NCBI GenBank assembly: GCA_012965955.1
Contig: DTRK01000283.1
Location: 1 to 48,895, forward strand
Origin: Flavobacteriales bacterium
Lineage (GTDB): Bacteria; Bacteroidota; Bacteroidia; NORP154
Direction: 5' to 3'
Length of the DNA: 48,895 nucleotides
Positions 17,961 through 26,711 of this stretch are shown here, piece after piece (the first letter of the stretch is position 1; every line of letters begins with the position of its first letter). The notes under the pieces are model-generated. The model was not told the origin of the DNA. It searched no databases and saw only the letters and a list, made by a program, of their open reading frames with translations. The translations under genes were made by a program, and so were the position numbers.

Positions 17961-19640
17961 ATGATTAAATCACATCAGGTGAATTCCAGACTAATTGCAT
18001 TCGCGTTATTACTATCTGTGAGTGTTGGCAGCACATTGGCTCAGCCAGTAGTTACAAGAGGACCATATCTAAATCTTGGAACCAGCACCAGCATGGTTGT
18101 CCGATGGAGAACAGATGTTGGTGCTGATTCAAAGATCTGGTATGGCACTACTCTGGATACAACTTCCATGACGAGCATGGGTACAGCATCGTCAGTGACC
18201 GATCACGAAATGAATGTCACAGGACTTACTGCAAATACAAAGTACTTTTACGCGATTGGAACTACCTCGATCATGTTAGCTGGAGCAGATAGTGGTCATT
18301 ATTTTGTAACATCTCCTCCGGCAGGCACAAAGCAACCAATACGGATCTGGGCCATTGGCGATTTTGGTGAAGGAAACACGAACCAGGCAGCTGTTAGGGA
18401 TGCATTTAAAGAGTTTACCGGTGATGGACATGCCGATGTGTGGGTATGGCTAGGAGACAATGCGTATGACGATGGGCTCGATAGTGAGTATCAAACCAAC
18501 ACATTTGATATGTATCCGGAAATATTCACAAACACAGTCGTATGGCCCGCACTAGGCAACCACGATTATGGGTCGCTCCATCCGCTTATTCTTTCGCAAC
18601 CCGATGCATATTTGGATGCATTTACATTACCCACTGCGGGAGAAGCGGGTGGAACAGCCAGTGGAAACGAAGGGTATTATTCATACGATATTGGTAATGT
18701 ACATTTCGTGTGTTTGAATTCAGAAAACTATACTTGGTCGGGCTTTCCTCCTGCTATAACTATTACACATGATCCAGCGATGACCACATGGCTTCAAAAT
18801 GATCTGGCCGCTAACAACAGTGATTGGCTTATCGCATATTTTCATGCTACGCCCTATGCTGATGGAACGCATAGCGAGAATTACTCGGGTTCAGACCCTA
18901 TTGCAATTGTAGATGGTATTATCATGCGGACAATGAGGGATTACTTTGTTCCGATTCTGGAAAGTTATGGGGTTGACCTAATCCTTGCCGGACATAGCCA
19001 TGACTATGAACGGTCCTACTTAACTTATGGAAACTATGGTTCGGGAGGGCCTTATCCCCCTGATTCAACTATTTTGGATGGTGGCACCGGAAGATTATCT
19101 GATGGAGCGCCGTATCAAAAAATGACAACTGGTCCGTTTGCCAATAAGGGCGGCGTATTTTGTGTCGTAGGTTGTTCCGCCAAAACAGGGAATTTTACTA
19201 GTGACAACCAGCTAGATCACGAGCTGATGATTTTCGATGACTACCGACTGGGTTCATTGCTAATTGAAGTTGATGATGATCAGCTCGACGCATATTTTAT
19301 CGACACCTCAGGAACTGCGTGGGATAATTTCACCATCATAAAAACTCTGGCGCCAAGCGTTGAGGACAATGAGCTACAAGGCGATAATTTAACGGTATAT
19401 CCGAATCCTTTTGCTAGTCAGCTGTTTATTGAATACAACCTTGAAAAGGAAAAGCAGGTTTTATTGGATGTCATCGACCTCTCCGGAAAAACAGTTTATA
19501 CCATCATTGACGAAATGCAAACAGCAGGATCACACAAATACACCATTAACGCCGCACAAACAGGCCTCGTAGCTGGAGCATACCTGCTTCAATTCAAAAC
19601 TGAAGGAGTATTAATAGTACAGAAGACCATAAGGCTTTAA
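17961..19640 (+). CDS. Secreted metallophosphoesterase (purple-acid-phosphatase-like) with a type A T9SS C-terminal sorting domain
   Basis: 559-aa ORF with a signal peptide, an Fn3-like PAP N-domain (VVRWRTD...KYFYAIG), calcineurin-like motifs GDFG, GDNAYDDG, GNHDY and GHSHDYER, and a tail LTVYPNPFASQLFIEY...DLSGKTVY...GAYLLQF. Confidence 0.85.
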   Translation: MIKSHQVNSRLIAFALLLSVSVGSTLAQPVVTRGPYLNLGTSTSMVVRWRTDVGADSKIWYGTTLDTTSMTSMGTASSVTDHEMNVTGLTANTKYFYAIGTTSIMLAGADSGHYFVTSPPAGTKQPIRIWAIGDFGEGNTNQAAVRDAFKEFTGDGHADVWVWLGDNAYDDGLDSEYQTNTFDMYPEIFTNTVVWPALGNHDYGSLHPLILSQPDAYLDAFTLPTAGEAGGTASGNEGYYSYDIGNVHFVCLNSENYTWSGFPPAITITHDPAMTTWLQNDLAANNSDWLIAYFHATPYADGTHSENYSGSDPIAIVDGIIMRTMRDYFVPILESYGVDLILAGHSHDYERSYLTYGNYGSGGPYPPDSTILDGGTGRLSDGAPYQKMTTGPFANKGGVFCVVGCSAKTGNFTSDNQLDHELMIFDDYRLGSLLIEVDDDQLDAYFIDTSGTAWDNFTIIKTLAPSVEDNELQGDNLTVYPNPFASQLFIEYNLEKEKQVLLDVIDLSGKTVYTIIDEMQTAGSHKYTINAAQTGLVAGAYLLQFKTEGVLIVQKTIRL

Positions 19641-20704
19641 AGAGGGTTCTTGTAGCCCCTCTTGATTGGGGCCTTGGACATGCCACACGTTGTATCCCCA
19701 TCATTCGGGAGCTGGTAAACTGTGGAGCAGAAGTTATAATTGCCGCTGACGGTGGTGGACTCACCCTGTTAAAAGAAGAATTCCCAGATCTAGAGACAAT
19801 TCATTTGCCGGGTTACAAGATGCGCTATTCTGGCAACCGTTCTATGAACTTGCAGGTGTTCACCAATGTTCTCAAGATTTTCTACCAGATATACAAGGAG
19901 CATATCAAGCTCAAAAAACTCATCACAGAGCATCGTCTGGATGCCGTAATCTCTGACAATCGATATGGGTTATGGTCTAAGAAGATCTACTCCGTTTTCA
20001 TCACCCACCAGATCATTATTAAGTGCCCCCCCGCCCTCCGGTTTCTTGAGCCTGTACTGCGCGGTATAACCGGCTTTTTTATTGGAAAATACCATCGTTG
20101 CTGGGTTCCGGATGTAAAAGAAGGCGACAATCTATCTGGAGACCTAGCACATAAGCGCCTTCTTCCTTCACTGAAATTCATTGGCCCCCTCTCCCGTTTT
20201 GCACACCTCACTGGGACCTCTTATGAAAAAAAGTACGACGTTATCGCAACTCTTTCAGGACCTGAGCCACAGCGCAGCATCTTTGAAAAGTTGATCATAG
20301 GTCAACTGAACGGTACTGAGTTGAAGGGCATTGTTGTGCGTGGTGTGCCCGGTGAGTCAGCATCAAACCAGAACGGAGTGGTGATACATTCTCATCTGAA
20401 TACAGAGAAAATGTACGACGCCATAATGTCCTCGGATGTGGTGCTGAGCAGGCCAGGCTATTCCACTATTATGGATCTGGCGGCCTTGGGCAAAAAGGCA
20501 GTATTTGTTCCTACTCCTGGGCAAACGGAGCAGGAATATCTTGCAGGAATGCTAAAGAAGAGAGGGTTGTTCTATTCGGAGAGCCAACATGAATTTAAGC
20601 TGGACGCTGCCTTAACTAAAGCAAATGAATTCTCAGGGATTAAAATAGCACCCAACCCTTCTCTGCTAAAAGACGCAGTTCAAAAGCTCCTATCTAGGAT
20701 ATAG
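19640..20704 (+). CDS. Glycosyltransferase (GT28/MurG-like, UDP-glycosyltransferase fold); 5' boundary unresolved
   Basis: The track ORF starts at the TTG at 19805. The same frame is open from 19604 and encodes the conserved N-terminal loop VLVAPLDWGLGHATRCIPIIREL upstream of that TTG. The C-terminal half has SRPGYSTIMD and PGQTEQEYLA donor-binding motifs. Confidence 0.75.
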   Translation, partial: KRVLVAPLDWGLGHATRCIPIIRELVNCGAEVIIAADGGGLTLLKEEFPDLETIHLPGYKMRYSGNRSMNLQVFTNVLKIFYQIYKEHIKLKKLITEHRLDAVISDNRYGLWSKKIYSVFITHQIIIKCPPALRFLEPVLRGITGFFIGKYHRCWVPDVKEGDNLSGDLAHKRLLPSLKFIGPLSRFAHLTGTSYEKKYDVIATLSGPEPQRSIFEKLIIGQLNGTELKGIVVRGVPGESASNQNGVVIHSHLNTEKMYDAIMSSDVVLSRPGYSTIMDLAALGKKAVFVPTPGQTEQEYLAGMLKKRGLFYSESQHEFKLDAALTKANEFSGIKIAPNPSLLKDAVQKLLSRI

Positions 20705-21458
20705 CGCGCTGCCGAATCGCTTCGTATAGGACAACTCCAGCGGCAACTGATACATTTAGTGATTTAATCTGCCCTTTGATGGGAATACCTACTACCTGGT
20801 CAGCCAGGTCAAGACAGGCTTTGGATATACCCGTCTCTTCTGAACCCAAAATGACCGCAACGGGCTGGTTGAAATCTGACTTATAAATATTATTCTTGCC
20901 ATGCTCTGTACAAGCTACCACATTCAGACCACTGTCCTTTACCATTCGTATCGCATCCACTATTTCCTTGGTTCTGCAGACAGCGACTATGTTAAGTGCA
21001 CCAGCAGATGTCTTGATTGCATCTGAAGTAACACGCGCTCCTCCACTTTCCGGAATTACAATAGCATCTACGCCAGCGCACTCTGCCGTGCGTACGATGG
21101 CGCCAAAGTTCCTTACATCGGTGATCCCATCCAACAGAAGGATCAAAGGGTCCTTGCCGCTTTCGTAAATCGTAGGGAGAACATCCTCTAATCGGGCATA
21201 TGATATTGGAGAGATGAAACAGATTACACCCTGGTGGGTTTTTCTCGTCATCCGGTTGAGGCGGTCTGAGGGCACCCGTTTGAGGTGCAGCTTCCGCTCA
21301 TGTATCAGATCCATCAACTCGTTCAGGTTTTCTCCTTTCAATCCTTTTTGCACCAGGATGCTGTCGATCTCTTTCCCGGCCTTGATGGCTTCCATCACAG
21401 GACGCATTCCAAAGACCATCTGATCATTCTGCTTGTCTGCATGTTTTTTCTCTCTCAT
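20694..21458 (-). CDS. rlmB: 23S rRNA (guanosine-2'-O)-methyltransferase RlmB (SpoU/TrmH family)
   Basis: SpoU substrate-binding N-domain plus TrmH motifs (NFGAIVRTAECAG, ILGSEETGIS, IPIKGQIKSLNVSVAAGV). The ATG at 21458 is preferred over the TTG at 21470. Confidence 0.85.
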   Translation of the reverse strand: MREKKHADKQNDQMVFGMRPVMEAIKAGKEIDSILVQKGLKGENLNELMDLIHERKLHLKRVPSDRLNRMTRKTHQGVICFISPISYARLEDVLPTIYESGKDPLILLLDGITDVRNFGAIVRTAECAGVDAIVIPESGGARVTSDAIKTSAGALNIVAVCRTKEIVDAIRMVKDSGLNVVACTEHGKNNIYKSDFNQPVAVILGSEETGISKACLDLADQVVGIPIKGQIKSLNVSVAAGVVLYEAIRQRAIS

Positions 21459-21509
21459 ATCAAATAACAAAATTCAAATCCCAAACAATAAATCGCAAAT
21501 CCAAAATCG

Positions 21510-22787
21510 TCAATACACTATCCCCTGTCTCCAGGCATCTACTGCGTGGAACCAGCTGTTCTTGTAAATGACTGAACGGCTTAGGCGAAAGTCATTGTCA
21601 GAGAACGGATTGTCGGCCTTGTAAAATGTAAAGTTAACCGAGGTGATGTTTCCCTCTTCACCATAGGTCCAACTCTCTGCGTTAGAGTTTTTGTAAACCA
21701 CATCAGGTGGGCCGTATACGATAAAGATCATTCCCCTATCCGATTTCCAACCCTCCAAATAAGATGAGAAATACCTGTTGGCCTCTTCCACCCTGCCATA
21801 AAAGTGCCTGACGATCTTTCTGCCCCGATCGGGGTTTCCAGTGACGTTCAACCAAAAATTATCTACTGCCAATTTCTTATTTTCCAGTAATCTCATTTCT
21901 GAAAATTCCTGGCGGGTAGTGATATATCGCAAAGGGCCAATAAGCTCTTCCGGCTGGGTGAGCACTGGAAAATCATTATCATACACGAAGAATGTGATAC
22001 CACCATTAGTGCCTGTGTCAGATATGAGGTGGTAAATCCCGGCATCGAGAAAAGTAATTGACATCTTTCCATCCTCAAGGTGCATGTTGGCAAGGCTATC
22101 CGGTTTAACATTGAAAGGTTGTTGCGCCTTCACCGAAAACGGAGGTGAGGAGATTGGAAACTTCGATTTATAATATTTTAGCAACAATCGCTCAACCCCA
22201 TCCAGCTCAGAAAGCACATTTACCTTTTCTTGCTCACTTAAATAGTTCTTAAACAACGGCCTGTCTTCTGACCGTTTGTATACCAAAAAAGACTGCCTGT
22301 TGTCGACCTCCGCCTTGGTGATGTTGATAAATGACCTTACTGTTTGCTTCCTTTGCGTGTCTGATACAGATACTTCCAATAAGAGATTTCCCTTCTGTGG
22401 AGTTTTGAACTTAATCTCCTTCAATATGGCTGACTTTGCCTCCGCCTTACTGGGCTTGAACTTATGGGTGGCACTGTCAAGCACCTCTTTTGATTCGTAT
22501 GAGGGCAGGAGCCTGTAGTGTATGGTATAAGATGCAGTAAATTCCCCAGTCCCATCATTCCTGCTAAAGAGCAGCTCATCGGGTTTTATGTAGCAGAAAA
22601 CCTTCGATACAGAGTCAGAAATATGGTACACACTGTACTTAGGATGAAGAATTCCCGACTCTTTCCAGTAGAGGTAGGAAAGGTTTTGATTGCTCAGCCT
22701 GGTCGTTGAATAGCAGCCAGCTAGAAAAAGAAGTGTGAGCATGACCAATGCTCTATTCATTATCATTTGTGATTTTACAATCTTCAT
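21510..22787 (-). CDS. GWxTD domain-containing protein (secreted, function unknown)
   Basis: 425-aa ORF with a signal peptide ending in LAGC and a C-terminal GWKSDRGMIFIVYGPPD motif characteristic of the GWxTD family. Confidence 0.7.
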   Translation of the reverse strand: MKIVKSQMIMNRALVMLTLLFLAGCYSTTRLSNQNLSYLYWKESGILHPKYSVYHISDSVSKVFCYIKPDELLFSRNDGTGEFTASYTIHYRLLPSYESKEVLDSATHKFKPSKAEAKSAILKEIKFKTPQKGNLLLEVSVSDTQRKQTVRSFINITKAEVDNRQSFLVYKRSEDRPLFKNYLSEQEKVNVLSELDGVERLLLKYYKSKFPISSPPFSVKAQQPFNVKPDSLANMHLEDGKMSITFLDAGIYHLISDTGTNGGITFFVYDNDFPVLTQPEELIGPLRYITTRQEFSEMRLLENKKLAVDNFWLNVTGNPDRGRKIVRHFYGRVEEANRYFSSYLEGWKSDRGMIFIVYGPPDVVYKNSNAESWTYGEEGNITSVNFTFYKADNPFSDNDFRLSRSVIYKNSWFHAVDAWRQGIVY

Positions 22788-22873
22788 TGGATTTTAAAAA
22801 TTCCAATTAACAAGTTCCAAAATCCAATAACGATATTATAATTTATGTTTTGCAATATGATTTATTGGAATTT
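22786..22873 (-). repeat. Four copies of a 10-mer (ATTGGAWTTT and its complement) in interleaved inverted orientation across the GWxTD leader and start codon
   Basis: ATTGGATTTT at 22786-22795, AAATTCCAAT at 22798-22807, AAAATCCAAT at 22819-22828 and ATTGGAATTT at 22864-22873. The first copy covers the A and T of the ATG at 22787-22785. Confidence 0.6.
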
Positions 22874-22891
22874 GTTATTTAGCGCAAGGCG

Positions 22892-24178
22892 CTATAATTC
22901 ATCTCCTTCTTTGGCCACCTCATCAATCGTTGGTGGCGCCTCATCAGCTTGTGATGCCTCGCCACTATCATCTGTGATAGCTCTCTGTATCAGAGAATCA
23001 GGGAGGCTCTTGGAAGTCTTTGCACCCAGCGCCTTAATATTTTCTGTTTTTCTTACCAAATTGTCTTTACCTGTCGATAGCTTATTCATTGCCCCATCAT
23101 AAGAATCCTTTGCTGACTTCAATCTCTTCCCTACATTTATAAGGTCATCTACGAAGCCCACAAACTTATCATATAAGGCACCTCCCTGTCTTGCTATTTC
23201 TAAAACGTTCCTTTTCTGATCTTCTTGCTTCCATATTGAGGAAACCATGGATATTGTAGCCAAAAGCGTGCTGGTCGGTACTATGACAATGTTCTTTTTC
23301 TCCACTGCCCAAGCCATCAGATCCTGATCTGCGTGAATGGCGAGCATGAAAGCTGGCTCGATGGGTACAAACATCAACACATAATCCGGAGCATTTATCT
23401 GATACAGTTTTTGATAGTTCTTTGAGGAGAGATCCTGTACATGATTCTTCATACTTGTGACATGATCCTTCAAATGCCCTTCTCTTTCTACATCATCTTC
23501 ACTTTGATAGTAATTGGCATATGCAGTCAACGAAACTTTGGAGTCTATCACCAGGCACTTCCCCTCCGGTAGATTGACAATTACATCAGGTCTTTTGTGC
23601 TTTCCTTCCTCATCCTGAAAAGATCCCTGGGTTGAATAGTGCACCCCGTTCATGAGGCCGGCCTTTTCAAGAATCATCTCCAACTTAAATTCACCCCAAT
23701 CTCCCTGAGTTTTTGAATCTCCTTTTAGTGCCTTGGTTAAATTGATTGCATCCTTAGACATCCTGATATTCAGCTCACTTAAGTTCTTGATTTGTTCAGC
23801 AAGTGTTGATCGTTCTTTGGTACCCTTGACATAAGTGTCATTAACCTTCTTTTCAAACTCCTTGATCTTCACCCCCAGAGGATCCAAAATATTATTCAGA
23901 TTAACCTTATTCTGATCTGTAAATTTCTTGGTGGTATTATCCAGGATTTTGGTGGCCAGGTTTTCAAACTGGGTTCTTAGCTTTTCTTCCTGCCCTTCAT
24001 TTATTTCCCGAAGATTTTTAATCTCCTGATCCTTTGCAGCTATCTCTCGGTTTAAATCAATAATTGTTTGGGCTTCATCTCCATTCGCCGTGCTTTCCTT
24101 CTCTTTGAATGAACGATATGCAAGCGCCACAAGGGCGACAAAAATGAGTAGCAGCAATATGCTTATTAGGGTGTCCAA
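22892..24178 (-). CDS. rmuC: DNA recombination protein RmuC
   Basis: 428-aa ORF with an N-terminal membrane anchor, a long coiled coil and the C-terminal RmuC nuclease-like region (RPDVIVNLPEGKCLVIDSKV..., DYVLMFVPIEPAF). TTG start. Confidence 0.88.
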   Translation of the reverse strand: MDTLISILLLLIFVALVALAYRSFKEKESTANGDEAQTIIDLNREIAAKDQEIKNLREINEGQEEKLRTQFENLATKILDNTTKKFTDQNKVNLNNILDPLGVKIKEFEKKVNDTYVKGTKERSTLAEQIKNLSELNIRMSKDAINLTKALKGDSKTQGDWGEFKLEMILEKAGLMNGVHYSTQGSFQDEEGKHKRPDVIVNLPEGKCLVIDSKVSLTAYANYYQSEDDVEREGHLKDHVTSMKNHVQDLSSKNYQKLYQINAPDYVLMFVPIEPAFMLAIHADQDLMAWAVEKKNIVIVPTSTLLATISMVSSIWKQEDQKRNVLEIARQGGALYDKFVGFVDDLINVGKRLKSAKDSYDGAMNKLSTGKDNLVRKTENIKALGAKTSKSLPDSLIQRAITDDSGEASQADEAPPTIDEVAKEGDEL

Positions 24179-24229
24179 ATGAGTATATATTAGGTCGTTA
24201 AAGGTACAAATTTACATTCCGCAGCAATC

Positions 24230-25996
24230 CTAAAAACTACTTACAATCCCAAAATGCACCCGTGCCGCTTTTAAGTCAGGGGGATTCCCTTGCTGTTGCC
24301 CAATCGCGTAGTTGATGCTAAAGATGCCTGCCTTGGTTTCGAAGCTGATGCCCGCGCCATAACCGTAAGGAGCATCCACCCACGACTCATTCTTCAACCT
24401 GTTGATCTCATTTTCATAATAGGCCCCGTTGAAGAAGACATAGAGAAAAGAATTCTGCTCTAGTAAATAGCGGTACTCAATGATGTAAGTGCCGTAGGAA
24501 GAAGCAAAGATGCTTTCCTCATCAAAACCGCGCAAAGTGGCCAAGCCACCCAGACGGTATAATTCATTAACGAACATAGACTTACTACTCCTATATCCTC
24601 CTGCCAATCCCAGGCGGAGTACGTTTCTTCCAGATAACGGAATATAGCCATCTATGGTTGCGATGCCTTCATACTCTGTACTCCTCGTATCCACTGAATC
24701 TGGGTTGATGTCATCGTCGTTTTGAATTCTCTTGGTGCCAGCTCCTCCTTCGATTGAAGCGGCAATGCCCTTCCTGGGGTTCAACGCATAATCCAATTTG
24801 CGAACGGTATAGCCCATCCCGTAAAGCGTGCTTTTTACATTGGCGTAGATGGACACGGCAGAGCCAGTGCTCAGTATCCGTGTTTCTTTATTGTGAACGT
24901 AGGCTTTAAGTGAGTTCCCGCCTCTCAACAGGTATTGCAGTGCTGCCGTCGAGTATAAATCAAGATATAAAGTGTCGCGTTTGTAGAGCTTGAATTTTAG
25001 ATCAGCCCCGAAAGGGGTGGAGAGTACAAAGGGATACACAAAATTGACATTCAAGTCCTGTGTCCTCGGCTGGAGGCTCCTCCAATCGAAATGGATCAGC
25101 TCTCCTCGTCCAAAGGAATTCAGCAATTTCAGCTGCGCCTCGCCAGTGACAATTAGCTTACTCGTCGCCTTACTCTTGGGAAGAAAACCGATCATGCCAG
25201 TAAACCGACTGGCCTTTTTACCGGTCAGATTTAGCAAAAGGGTAGCGCTTTTATCTGTAAACCTAACCTGAGCTGGTTTCCTTTCCCTCAAAAAAGAGAG
25301 CTCCTTGATCCTCGATGAAATCTCTCCAATTAACCGCTCATTATACACATCCCCAGTCTTAATGCCGAGATAGCTGTGCAGGTAAATAGGCGATATATTG
25401 GCATCACCGACAATCTCAATCGAATCAATTAAGTACAACCTATTCGTGTTGACAATAAGTGAAGCTGAGATCTTCTCATTGTCAAACTTCACGTCATCCA
25501 ATCTAACTACCGCAAATGGGTGCCCGTTGTTTTCGTAATACTCCAATATAGATTCCTGCAAACCCTGTAATTGCAGGTGGTTGAAAAACTTGTTTTGGTA
25601 GAGCTTGGCTCTGAATCCTATTCTTGAAAGTACCCCTTCATCAACCTCGCTGGCATCTATCTGCGCCCACTCATAGACCTTTCCCTGGTCGAGATAAGCG
25701 GTCAGGCGAACTGTATCATAGTGCAGGCTGTCGAATGATGCTGCCAGATATCCCATGCTGTATAGGTCGGACAAGTAAGCCTGGACTGCCTGATGGCGAC
25801 TGAGACTATCCGGAAAATTTTCTACATATGGTAGTTCCTCTGCCAACTTAGTTCCAGGAAAAGGAAGGATTTTCAATCCATACGAGTCCACAGCACTGAC
25901 ATCAAAACCCAGTCCACTAAGACTTAAAAGCGCTATGATTACAACATATCTCAATTTAATTGACCTTATGATCTGATGAGACGAGACAGCGCGCAT
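24230..25996 (-). CDS. Omp85-family outer-membrane protein (BamA/TamA/ShlB-like, POTRA plus beta-barrel)
   Basis: 588-aa ORF with alternating beta-strand periodicity, LRGFDEES and GYGAGISFETKAGIFSINYA, and a terminal aromatic residue (F). An alternative TTG start at 25954 gives a cleaner signal peptide (MRYVVIIALLSLSGLGFDVSA) and removes the 41-nt overlap with the upstream gene. Confidence 0.7.
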   Translation of the reverse strand: MRAVSSHQIIRSIKLRYVVIIALLSLSGLGFDVSAVDSYGLKILPFPGTKLAEELPYVENFPDSLSRHQAVQAYLSDLYSMGYLAASFDSLHYDTVRLTAYLDQGKVYEWAQIDASEVDEGVLSRIGFRAKLYQNKFFNHLQLQGLQESILEYYENNGHPFAVVRLDDVKFDNEKISASLIVNTNRLYLIDSIEIVGDANISPIYLHSYLGIKTGDVYNERLIGEISSRIKELSFLRERKPAQVRFTDKSATLLLNLTGKKASRFTGMIGFLPKSKATSKLIVTGEAQLKLLNSFGRGELIHFDWRSLQPRTQDLNVNFVYPFVLSTPFGADLKFKLYKRDTLYLDLYSTAALQYLLRGGNSLKAYVHNKETRILSTGSAVSIYANVKSTLYGMGYTVRKLDYALNPRKGIAASIEGGAGTKRIQNDDDINPDSVDTRSTEYEGIATIDGYIPLSGRNVLRLGLAGGYRSSKSMFVNELYRLGGLATLRGFDEESIFASSYGTYIIEYRYLLEQNSFLYVFFNGAYYENEINRLKNESWVDAPYGYGAGISFETKAGIFSINYAIGQQQGNPPDLKAARVHFGIVSSF

Positions 25997-26597
25997 TCAC
26001 CCATTTGCCGTGCCAATCCTCATATTTTATAATCTTCCCATCTGCATCCAGAAAATCTCCGTTGCTATCGCTTTTTATTATTTTGCATCTACCAGAGGTT
26101 ATAGCAGCTTTGACCAGAAATATTAAAGTCTCTTCATTGACTCCGGGATTCTCTCTACTCAAACCGGCCCCTATTTGATTGTTACACAAATCCATTGTAT
26201 TGGCTATCATATCTGGAAGAACCCCTTCTTCGTACTGCCGCTTCTTGAAGTCCTTCTCATTGCCCTTTTCGTGGGCCACACCCAATTTCAAGGCCTTTTT
26301 TTCCTTGATTTCCTGGCAAAGAGAAGCCATCCAGAAACAATGCCTGAATGCATCTACCTGCCCACCGTTGCCATAGCCATCCAGATCTGGTGATTTCTCC
26401 TGCTCCCTGGTAATTTCCGCTGCATGTTCTGAAAGCTTGAGTGTCTTGATGGTGATAAAAGGATGAGCATATACCCATCGTCTTTCAGGTGATGAAAGCC
26501 CGAAGAACTTCTTCAACCTGCCTTGTTGCGCGTATCCCGAGGAAAACACGCTTACACAAGCCATTACCAGGACGAATTTATGGAACGTAGATGTCAT
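25956..26597 (-). CDS. Hypothetical secreted protein
   Basis: 213-aa ORF with a signal peptide (FVLVMACVSVFSSGYAQ) and a conserved-looking DAFRHCFWMASL motif. I recognise no family with confidence. Confidence 0.55.
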   Translation of the reverse strand: MTSTFHKFVLVMACVSVFSSGYAQQGRLKKFFGLSSPERRWVYAHPFITIKTLKLSEHAAEITREQEKSPDLDGYGNGGQVDAFRHCFWMASLCQEIKEKKALKLGVAHEKGNEKDFKKRQYEEGVLPDMIANTMDLCNNQIGAGLSRENPGVNEETLIFLVKAAITSGRCKIIKSDSNGDFLDADGKIIKYEDWHGKWVNARCLVSSDHKVN

Positions 26598-26618
26598 TTG
26601 ACTGTAAGGAGATGTTCT

Positions 26619-26626
26619 TATATTTG
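26619..26626 (+). promoter_or_regulatory. Putative -7 promoter box (TATATTTG) for the M1 peptidase gene
   Basis: Exact TAnnTTTG match, 86 nt upstream of the ATG at 26712. Confidence 0.3.
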
Positions 26627-26661
26627 TTATGAGCGAGTCCGAACAACCTTGCCCCAGATAG

Positions 26662-26680
26662 GCCTGCCGGTCTGGCAGGC
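26662..26680 (+). promoter_or_regulatory. GC-rich perfect hairpin in the divergent intergenic region / M1 peptidase leader
   Basis: GCCTGCC-ggtct-GGCAGGC, a 7-bp stem with a 5-nt loop and no following T-run. Confidence 0.3.
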
Positions 26681-26711
26681 AGGCTCTAAGATAAGAATAA
26701 ACAGGTTTCTA

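Noticed and set aside
26523-26711. 63-codon N-terminal extension of the M1 peptidase ORF
   Set aside because: It overlaps the divergent 213-aa gene's 5' end and is rich in Arg and Cys with no signal peptide. The ATG at 26712 gives a proper signal peptide.
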